A stretch of DNA of 55,890 bases from Campylobacterales bacterium (GTDB lineage: Bacteria; Campylobacterota; Campylobacteria; Campylobacterales; UBA6016): positions 1 through 55,890 of the forward strand of contig JAVRLX010000003.1 of NCBI GenBank assembly GCA_031960985.1, written 5' to 3'. Both the position numbers and the translations under genes were made by a program. Below the pieces are notes generated by a model. The model was not told the DNA's origin. It saw nothing but the letters and a program-made list of their open reading frames with translations, and made no database searches. Positions 8,199-15,370 of this stretch are shown piece after piece. How positions within the stretch are numbered: the first letter of the stretch is position 1; each line of letters starts with the position of its first letter.

Positions 8199-9935
8199 TT
8201 GAAATACCTTGTAGATTTTATCGAAACAGACAATATAGAAAAAACATTTGTGTATTCGCAATTAAAATGCGATATTGAATCTGCGATGTTTTTGAAAAAC
8301 ATGACTCAGAAATTCTTAAAAGGGCAAGAGAGCATTATCTGTTCAGATATATTGACGGAGCTATTTTCTTCAAAAAACTACAAACATATAGAGAAACTAC
8401 CATTAGTCAAAAACTTAATAGAGCTCGGCTGGATAACAAACAACGATAATTTTGGATTACAAAAAATTTCAGACTCGTCGCTTTTGGAGCTTTTGAACTC
8501 ATCTGTATCGCTTAGCTCCTCTTTTCTAAAGCTACTCGAAGAGGGAAGCTTTGAGATGAGCTTACCGGATATTAAGCCTTATACCGATCATCTTGAGTAT
8601 TTGCAAGAGCAATTTTATCGCATAGATCTCTATCAAAAAATAGCCGCTATAAGACATAGTTACTCTAGTGATTCACCAAATATTTCTAGGTTGAAAACAA
8701 AGCTTAGCGAGCTTGAGGGAAGAATAGCCGAGAAAATTAAACAGACAAAAATACATCTTGAGCTTGAACACTTCTTTAAAGAGAAACACTTAAGCGACAA
8801 AGAACAAATTATCTTTTTGGCGCTTTTAAAAGAGGAATATTCGGGAGAGGGCGACAATCTAAGGGAGATGAACACCTTAATCGATATAGTTAGCTCTGAC
8901 GACTATGAGAGGATAAAAAATAGGAGTCTATTAGAAGACGGGGCAAAACTAATAGAGCAAGAGATTATAGATTATGAAGAGGTATTAACCCCTTTTGGAG
9001 GGATAAGTCGCTCATTTTTTATCTCAGAGGAGATATTAAAGCATATCGTTTATCCACAAAAAAAGAAAAAGAAAATAAAAGTCAAGCTAGAGTCTTTAAT
9101 GAAAGAGCAAGAGCTATTTGAGTTAATTGAGCCAAAAAGCTCGTTAGATGATGTGGTGCTAAATCCAAAGACTAGAGAGATGCTAGATACAGTACTAAGA
9201 CAGCTTGATAAAAATGTTTCAAATTTACTCAAAGATTGGGGCATAAAAGATAAAAAGAGCGGCGTTGAAGCTAGAATAATTTTCCACGGCCCACCTGGAA
9301 CCGGTAAAACAATGACGGCGCTAAGCCTTTCAAAATCGCTCAAAAAACAAGTTCTTAGCTTTGATTGTAGCAAGATATTATCTATGTATATAGGTGAGAG
9401 CGAAAAAAATGTTAGAAAAATATTTGATACATATAAAGAGCTAAGAGAAAAATCAAAGACAGAGCCAGTACTGCTACTAAATGAAGCAGATCAGTTCCTC
9501 TCCTCCCGTAGCTCATCCGCTTTTTCAAGCGCAGATAAGATGCATAACCAAATGCAAAATATCTTTTTGGAGCAAATCGAGAAATTTGATGGGGTGTTGA
9601 TTGCCACAACAAATCTCCTTGAAAATATAGATCAAGCGTTCTCTAGAAGATTTAATTATAAGGTTAAATTTGAAAAGCCAGACTTTAAGCAAAGGGTCTC
9701 AATATGGGAAAAAAGCTTACCAAAGAATGCCCCATATTCAGATGACTTTAATATTGAAGAACTTGCCAAATATACTCTAACTGGTGGGCAAATAGCTTTG
9801 GTGGTTAAAAATGCGGCGTTTAGCGCTGCCACAAAAGAGATGCCAGTCCTAACAATGGAAGATTTTGTAAACGAAATCAAAAAAGAGCTAAGCGGAAGCT
9901 TTGATAACGAGAAATCGATGGGATTTTTATCATAA
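8199..9935 (+). CDS. AAA+ ATPase: classic AAA domain at the C-terminus, ~330-aa N-terminal region of unknown function
   Basis: 578 aa. Walker A 'GPPGTGKT', Walker B-like 'VLLLNEADQF', and second region of homology 'ATTNLLENIDQAFSRRF'. TTG start with AGGA 8 nt upstream. Confidence 0.8.
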   Translation: MKYLVDFIETDNIEKTFVYSQLKCDIESAMFLKNMTQKFLKGQESIICSDILTELFSSKNYKHIEKLPLVKNLIELGWITNNDNFGLQKISDSSLLELLNSSVSLSSSFLKLLEEGSFEMSLPDIKPYTDHLEYLQEQFYRIDLYQKIAAIRHSYSSDSPNISRLKTKLSELEGRIAEKIKQTKIHLELEHFFKEKHLSDKEQIIFLALLKEEYSGEGDNLREMNTLIDIVSSDDYERIKNRSLLEDGAKLIEQEIIDYEEVLTPFGGISRSFFISEEILKHIVYPQKKKKKIKVKLESLMKEQELFELIEPKSSLDDVVLNPKTREMLDTVLRQLDKNVSNLLKDWGIKDKKSGVEARIIFHGPPGTGKTMTALSLSKSLKKQVLSFDCSKILSMYIGESEKNVRKIFDTYKELREKSKTEPVLLLNEADQFLSSRSSSAFSSADKMHNQMQNIFLEQIEKFDGVLIATTNLLENIDQAFSRRFNYKVKFEKPDFKQRVSIWEKSLPKNAPYSDDFNIEELAKYTLTGGQIALVVKNAAFSAATKEMPVLTMEDFVNEIKKELSGSFDNEKSMGFLS

Positions 9936-10086
9936 GAAAAAGTTACAAAATAAGTGTTACCAAAGTAAACAATTATAAATGACAACCCAAAAATATATGT
10001 AACCTTAAGTTACTTTTACCCCCTTTTTTGGGTAAAGTAAATTTAATTATTATGACGGTATATTTACGACCACTCTAAATAATGGG

Positions 10087-10114
10087 TTTGCTAAGTTTTT
10101 TAGCGCCCTAAAAT
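10087..10114 (+). promoter_or_regulatory. candidate sigma70-type promoter of the nuo operon (TTTGCT-16 nt-TAAAAT)
   Basis: Hexamers read directly at 10087-10092 and 10109-10114, about 25 nt upstream of the nuoA start. No experimental support. Confidence 0.35.
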
Positions 10115-10138
10115 TTAATATCAAAAAAGGGCTTTGTG

Positions 10139-10528
10139 ATGACTCATTCGGATTTTGCGCATCCATATTTTGGCGCCTTCATATTGATGGTTTTTACCTT
10201 TGTCGCTTTTTTTGCAACTACAAATGTTGCGAGATTTGTAAGCCGCTTATTGGCAAAAAAAGATACGGAAAAACTAAAACTATCCATATATGAGTGCGGT
10301 CCGGAAGCAAACCTACAGCCAAACAAACTTTCGGCTCAGTTTTATCTATTCGGACTTCTTTTTATTTTGTTTGATATAGAGATTATTTTTATGTTTCCAT
10401 GGGCGCTTGATTTTAAGATGCTTGGATGGTTTGGGATGGTTGAGATGACAATATTTCTTATACTGCTTACAATTGGTTTTGTATATGCATGGAAAAAAGG
10501 AGCGCTTCAATGGCACAGCATAAAGTAA
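10139..10528 (+). CDS. nuoA: NADH-quinone oxidoreductase subunit A
   Basis: About 129 aa with three hydrophobic helices and 'YECGPE...[12 protein letters not shown]' (NuoA/ND3 signature). ATG at 10139 preferred over GTG at 10136 on Shine-Dalgarno spacing. Confidence 0.92.
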   Translation: MTHSDFAHPYFGAFILMVFTFVAFFATTNVARFVSRLLAKKDTEKLKLSIYECGPEANLQPNKLSAQFYLFGLLFILFDIEIIFMFPWALDFKMLGWFGMVEMTIFLILLTIGFVYAWKKGALQWHSIK

Positions 10529-11019
10529 ACTACGCGGCAAGCGGCGGACTTCCGGTTGCATTAACTACGGTTGACAAGCTTGTAAACTGGGGGCGCTCAA
10601 ACAGCCTTTGGGCGTTTACATTTGGTCTTGCATGTTGCGCAATAGAGATGATGGCATCGGGCGCTGGAAGGTATGACTTTGACCGTTTCGGTACTATCTT
10701 TAGAGCCTCCCCTAGACAATCTGACGTAATGGTGGTAGCAGGTACGGTAACCAAAAAATACGCCCCTTTTATTAGGAGGCTATATGACCAAATGGCAGAG
10801 CCTAGATGGGTAATCTCTATGGGTTCATGCGCAAATACAGGTGGTATGTTTAACACATATAGCACCGTTCAAGGGGTAGATAGGATAATCCCTGTGGATA
10901 TTTATTTGCCAGGGTGTGCGCCAAGACCTGAGACTCTCCAATACGCAGTTATGATGCTCCAGCAACACATTAGAAAAAATAAAGCCTCTAGAGCCCAGAT
11001 ACAAAAAAGGTTTGTATAA
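10510..11019 (+). CDS. nuoB: NADH-quinone oxidoreductase subunit B (N2 cluster)
   Basis: '[17 protein letters not shown]', '[10 protein letters not shown]' and 'PGCAPRPE' are the N2 cluster ligand motifs. Start set at 'MAQHKVNY' (ATG 10510), overlapping the end of nuoA. Confidence 0.93.
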   Translation: MAQHKVNYAASGGLPVALTTVDKLVNWGRSNSLWAFTFGLACCAIEMMASGAGRYDFDRFGTIFRASPRQSDVMVVAGTVTKKYAPFIRRLYDQMAEPRWVISMGSCANTGGMFNTYSTVQGVDRIIPVDIYLPGCAPRPETLQYAVMMLQQHIRKNKASRAQIQKRFV

Positions 11020-11816
11020 TGAGAAGATATACGCCAAAAGATAATGTCCAAAAGAAATCTTACTATACAGATAGGTTTAGAGCCCCTGATGTATTGCCAA
11101 AAGAGGATGTTGAAAATGATCCGATATTTGCAAAAGATACGGAGGAGCTAAAAAAGGTTTTTGATATTAAAGAGGCCTACATCCAAAGGGGTCAGCTTGT
11201 CGTAATCATAGACGCCACAAAAAATGTCGAAGTGATAAAGTTTTTTAAAGAGAAGTTGGCATACAACCAACTAAGTGAGATGAGCGCCGTAGACTTCGTA
11301 GCAAAGTGCGGAGGATTTGAGGTGTTTTATCAGCTTTTATCTATGAGTAAGAAAAAAAGAGCAAGGGTTAAGTGCTTTATTAAAGATGGCGAAAACATAG
11401 AGAGTGTATCTAATATCTACTCCTCTGCAAACTGGGCTGAAAGGGAGATGTATGATATGTTTGGTATTAGAGTCAACAATCACCCAATGCTAAAAAGAAT
11501 CCTACTTCCAGACGATTGGGTGGGGCATCCACTTCGCAAAACATATCCTTTGCAAGGGGATGAGTTTGCAAGCTGGTATGAAGTTGATAAAATCTATGGC
11601 AAAGAGGCAAGGGAGATTATTGGGCCAGAGCTTAGAGACGCCGCATTTATCGACAGACACGATACAACAAGATTTGCAAGGCTTGGCAAAGAGGTCGGAT
11701 ATGGCGAAGAGTACAAAGAGACAACTACTGAAATAGCGTATCAAGAGGAGGATAGACCACTCCTTATTGACAAATTTGACCCAAGCAAAACAACGCTTGC
11801 AGATAGAGAAAGATAG
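11019..11816 (+). CDS. nuoC: NADH-quinone oxidoreductase subunit C
   Basis: 265 aa. '[20 protein letters not shown]' is the NuoC/30-kDa subunit signature. Confidence 0.92.
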   Translation: MRRYTPKDNVQKKSYYTDRFRAPDVLPKEDVENDPIFAKDTEELKKVFDIKEAYIQRGQLVVIIDATKNVEVIKFFKEKLAYNQLSEMSAVDFVAKCGGFEVFYQLLSMSKKKRARVKCFIKDGENIESVSNIYSSANWAEREMYDMFGIRVNNHPMLKRILLPDDWVGHPLRKTYPLQGDEFASWYEVDKIYGKEAREIIGPELRDAAFIDRHDTTRFARLGKEVGYGEEYKETTTEIAYQEEDRPLLIDKFDPSKTTLADRER

Positions 11817-11830
11817 GAGGGGGCGATAAT

Positions 11831-13057
11831 ATGCAACAACCAAATAAACTACGCCCATTTTTTGAAAATATAACATTTGACCGTGAAGATAATAGAATGA
11901 TTGTTAACTTTGGTCCAAACCACCCGTCTGCACACGGTCTTTTGAACCTTATATTGGAACTAGAGGGCGAGCAGGTCGCAAAAGCGTATCCAAACATCGG
12001 TTTTCTCCACAGAGGGATGGAGAAAATGGCGGAAAACATGATATACAACGAGTTTTTGCCAACTACAGATAGGATGGATTATATCGCTGCTTCCTCAAAC
12101 AACTACGGTTTTGCCCTTGCGGTAGAGAAATTAATTGGTCTTGAAGTACCAAGAAGAGCAAAAGCCATCAGAACAATGCTAATTGAACTAAACAGAATTT
12201 GCTCACATCTATTTTTTATCGCTACGCACGCCCTTGATATTGGAGCAATGAGCGTATTTCTTTATGCTTTTAGAGAAAGAGAGCACGCAATGGACCTTAT
12301 TGAGGACTACTGCGGCGCAAGGCTAACGCACTCCTCCATTAGAATAGGTGGTGTGCCGCTCGATGTTACCCCCGCTTGGCTTGAAAAACTTAAAAATTAT
12401 ATAGACACTTTGGAAGAGAATATCCAAATATACGAAGGGCTTCTTGATTCAAACAGAATTTGGAGGATGAGGCTCGAAAATGTGGGTATATTACCTCCTG
12501 AGATGGCTATTGATTGGGGTTGCTCTGGCATTATGCTAAGAGGAAGCGGCATTAAATGGGATATTAGAAAAGAGGAGCCGTATGAGCTTTATGATGAGTT
12601 AGATTTTGATGTGCCAGTAGCCGAAACATGTGATAGTTATGGGAGATATAAATGTTATATGTTAGAGATGAGAGAGTCGGCCAAAATAATCGATCAGTGC
12701 ATCAAAATATACCATACAACCGAGCCAAAAATTATGGCGGAGGCTCCACAGTATATATCAGCGCCAAAAGAGCAGATAATGACTCAAAACTACTCTTTAA
12801 TGCAACACTTTGTACTTGTAACACAAGGGATGAGACCACCTAAAGGGGAGGTGTATGTAGCCACAGAGTCGCCTAAAGGGGAGCTTGGATACTACATCTA
12901 TAGCGACGGCGAGCCTTATCCTTATAGGCTAAAAATTAGAGCCCCAAGTTTCTGGCACACCGGAATTCTCCAAGCTTGGCTTCCAGGTGTTCAACTAGCC
13001 GATGTTGTAACGATGATAGGCAGCTCAAATACCGTATTTGGCGAGGTAGATAGATGA
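11831..13057 (+). CDS. nuoD: NADH-quinone oxidoreductase subunit D
   Basis: 408 aa. '[15 protein letters not shown]', 'HRGMEKMAE' and C-terminal 'VFGEVDR' are NuoD/49-kDa signatures. Confidence 0.95.
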   Translation: MQQPNKLRPFFENITFDREDNRMIVNFGPNHPSAHGLLNLILELEGEQVAKAYPNIGFLHRGMEKMAENMIYNEFLPTTDRMDYIAASSNNYGFALAVEKLIGLEVPRRAKAIRTMLIELNRICSHLFFIATHALDIGAMSVFLYAFREREHAMDLIEDYCGARLTHSSIRIGGVPLDVTPAWLEKLKNYIDTLEENIQIYEGLLDSNRIWRMRLENVGILPPEMAIDWGCSGIMLRGSGIKWDIRKEEPYELYDELDFDVPVAETCDSYGRYKCYMLEMRESAKIIDQCIKIYHTTEPKIMAEAPQYISAPKEQIMTQNYSLMQHFVLVTQGMRPPKGEVYVATESPKGELGYYIYSDGEPYPYRLKIRAPSFWHTGILQAWLPGVQLADVVTMIGSSNTVFGEVDR

Positions 13058-13145
13058 TGAAGAATTCATCTCTGCTCAATAGAGCAAGCTTTAGTGAGAG
13101 GAATTTTGCTGCGGCTTTGCCGACTGCAAAAGGAGATATGAAAAT

Positions 13146-13370
13146 ATGAAACGATTTGACCTTAGACATTTGAAAAATGATTTTTATAGCCGTATGGTGG
13201 AGCTTATGAATGAAAGTGTCGCAAAAGATGAGGTTGCAATATTTTTGTTTGAAGTAGGCGATTTTAGCCCTGTGCAAAAAAGCGCTGATTTGGTCAAAGA
13301 GAATGGTTGGATACTTATGAACAGTCTTAAATATAATGAAGTTGACTGGACAATTGTGGTAAAGAAATAA
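13146..13370 (+). CDS. small cysteine-free protein at the nuoE position (function unknown)
   Basis: 74 aa, AAGGAG 10 nt upstream, and a 1-nt gap to the next gene. No Cys, so it cannot carry the NuoE [2Fe-2S] cluster. 'FDLRHL...' with alternating beta/alpha propensity is weakly reminiscent of TusA/DUF2249-like small domains. Confidence 0.6.
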   Translation: MKRFDLRHLKNDFYSRMVELMNESVAKDEVAIFLFEVGDFSPVQKSADLVKENGWILMNSLKYNEVDWTIVVKK

Positions 13371-13371
13371 A

Positions 13372-15369
13372 ATGGCAAATATCTTTTTTAGCCTCTGGCA
13401 AGACGAGCTTATAGACAACCGCAACAAAAGCGAAGGGGAGCTAGCAAAAAGCAAGTTTCACTTCCCATACGAATTTGAAGCAGGGCAAAATACAAAGGCT
13501 TTTATAGGTTGGGCTGGAGTTGCAATCTTTGATAAAAAGGTTGATGTAATTAAACTCGCCGTCGAATATGCAAAGACATACCAAGAATACTCTGAAGCTT
13601 GCGGTAGATGTGCGCCGGGTAGATGGGGTGGTAGGATAATCTATGATGTGTTGCATAAAATTGGCAGAGGCGAGGGGAGCGAAAATGATATTACCCACTT
13701 AAAAGAGATTTGTGCTTCGATGAAAGAGACCTCAAAGTGTGAAATAGGAAAGAGTGTTCCAAATCCAATTCTAGCGCTTTTGGAGCATTTTGAAGAAGAA
13801 TTTACAACACTTATCAAAGAGAAAAAAGCATCGCCTGATTTTTACAAAAATGATGTTTCATACATCGCCAAAATCACCGCCCCTTGCATGGACGCCTGTC
13901 CAGCGCATGTCGATATTCCAGCGTATATCGAAGGGGTTAGAGACCTTAGGTTTGACGATAGCCTAAAAGCAACTCGTCAAACTATGCCGCTAGCGCACAC
14001 TTGCGGTAGAGTATGTCCTCACCCTTGTGAGAGCGCTTGCAGAAGAACAAACCTTGATGAGCCTATAGCCATTATGGAATTAAAAAGAATAGGCGCTGAC
14101 TACGAGACAGATAGAGAACTTGGCTGGTTTCATCCTATAGAGCCAAAACCAAAAACCGATAAAAAAGTAGCCATAATAGGCGCAGGTCCTGCAGGTTTAA
14201 CAGCCGCATACTATTTAGGGGCTGAGGGAATACATTGCGATGTATACGAAGAGCTTCCGGTTTTGGGCGGCGAGGTGGCAGTTGGGGTCCCTGAGTACAG
14301 GATGCCAATTAGCAAATACAATAAAGATATAGAGCTTGTAAAAAGCGTCGGCACAAACTTTATTGTGAACACAAGAGTTACCGCCGATATGATGAGAGAG
14401 TTTGAAAAGTCGTATGATGCAATTTTGATAGCGACAGGGGCTAGACTCTCCAAAAAAATAAGGGCTAAAAACGAAAATCCAAAAGATAAGGGGTATTGGC
14501 CAGCCATCCCTTTCCTTGATGAGATAAATTTATATACAAAATATGGGATAGGTAGCCCTGTGGATTTGACTGGCAAAACCGTCGTATGTGTGGGCGGAGG
14601 CTTTACCTCTATGGACGTTGTCCGCTGCTCCATCCGCGCAAACGCAAAAAGGGTTGTAATGCTCTATAGGAGGGATGAGAAAACCATTATTAACAATACA
14701 TCCTATGAAGAGTACCACGAAGCGGTCGAGGAGGGTGTAGAGTTTATATTCTATAGCGCTATCGATGAGATAGTATCTGAAAACGGGCAAATTAAAAAAT
14801 TAATTGTAGATATGTATGAATTGGTGCCAGATCCTGCGGGCGGCAAACCACAACTTCTAAAGGCGGAGGGTAAAAGTTTTGAATTGGAGTGTGACATCCT
14901 AGTTCCTGCCGTTAGTCAAGATGCCGATTTGTCACTACTACCTGAAGAGTGGGAGATAGCAAAAACTAGCTGGAATACAATACTTACAGATGGCAAAACA
15001 TATCAGACAAATAAAGAAAAAGTGTTTGCCGCTGGCGACTGCGAATATGGTCCAATGACAATAGTTAACGCTGTAGGTCAAGCCAAAAGGGCTGCTAGCG
15101 TAATGGCTAGATATATTTTTGAAGGCAAGGTGTATAGAACTGATGAGGAGATAATGGAAGATCACCTCAAAGCGCTCAAAGTATATGATAAAAAAGAGGT
15201 TGTAAAAGGGTGGCTTAAAGGGCTCCATAGAGAGCATAGTGAAAAACTTGGGGTTGATGAGAGAAAAACAAATAACCTTGAAGTTAACTACGGCCTTACA
15301 ATCAAGCAGGCGATAGATGAAGCCAATCGGTGCATGAGATGTTATTATATAGCTATGGTGGCGGTGTAG
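13372..15369 (+). CDS. fusion flavoprotein at the nuoF position: NuoF C-terminal (N3 cluster-like) segment plus a GltD/NfnB-type NAD(P)H-dependent FAD oxidoreductase
   Basis: 665 aa. Res 70-145 'EYSEACGRCAPGRWGG...SKCEIGKSVPNPILALLEHFEEEF' aligns by eye to the NuoF 'ESCGxCxPCReG...C.lG...P..s.l..F..Ef' tail. Res 170-225 'APCMDACPAHVDIP...CGRVCPHPCESAC' is the GltD/DPD-type Fe-S domain. 'KKVAIIGAGPAGLTAAYYL' and 'KTVVCVGGGFTSMDV' are two Rossmann motifs, followed by 'VFAAGDC'. Confidence 0.85.
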   Translation: MANIFFSLWQDELIDNRNKSEGELAKSKFHFPYEFEAGQNTKAFIGWAGVAIFDKKVDVIKLAVEYAKTYQEYSEACGRCAPGRWGGRIIYDVLHKIGRGEGSENDITHLKEICASMKETSKCEIGKSVPNPILALLEHFEEEFTTLIKEKKASPDFYKNDVSYIAKITAPCMDACPAHVDIPAYIEGVRDLRFDDSLKATRQTMPLAHTCGRVCPHPCESACRRTNLDEPIAIMELKRIGADYETDRELGWFHPIEPKPKTDKKVAIIGAGPAGLTAAYYLGAEGIHCDVYEELPVLGGEVAVGVPEYRMPISKYNKDIELVKSVGTNFIVNTRVTADMMREFEKSYDAILIATGARLSKKIRAKNENPKDKGYWPAIPFLDEINLYTKYGIGSPVDLTGKTVVCVGGGFTSMDVVRCSIRANAKRVVMLYRRDEKTIINNTSYEEYHEAVEEGVEFIFYSAIDEIVSENGQIKKLIVDMYELVPDPAGGKPQLLKAEGKSFELECDILVPAVSQDADLSLLPEEWEIAKTSWNTILTDGKTYQTNKEKVFAAGDCEYGPMTIVNAVGQAKRAASVMARYIFEGKVYRTDEEIMEDHLKALKVYDKKEVVKGWLKGLHREHSEKLGVDERKTNNLEVNYGLTIKQAIDEANRCMRCYYIAMVAV

Positions 15370-15370
15370 A

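Noticed and set aside
8138-8302. N-terminal 55 codons of the 281-aa track ORF for rsmE, which would overlap the divergent AAA+ gene by about 100 nt
   Set aside because: The extension ('MFFKNIADSISHFNCEYTNVF...') has no RsmE-like sequence. An internal GTG/TTG at 8137/8128 is preceded by GGAG and gives the usual ~226-aa RsmE. The overlap disappears with the shorter start.
9056-9085. A-rich tract encoding 'KKKKKIKVK' in the AAA+ gene, as a possible slippage or phase-variation site
   Set aside because: The run is interrupted by G residues (caaaaaaagaaaaagaaaataaaag), so there is no long homopolymer. No alternative frame gives a sensible product.
10489-10509. Seven extra N-terminal codons of nuoB in the ORF track ('MEKRSAS')
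   Set aside because: Campylobacter NuoB, as I recall it, begins 'MA(E/Q)H(Q/K)VNY', which matches the ATG at 10510. The extension lies wholly inside nuoA.
12936-13454. 172-aa minus-strand ORF spanning the nuoD end, the 74-aa gene and the flavoprotein start
   Set aside because: It is antisense to strongly supported nuo genes, its composition is typical of AT-rich antisense frames (Phe/Leu/Ile/Lys rich), and it has no motifs.
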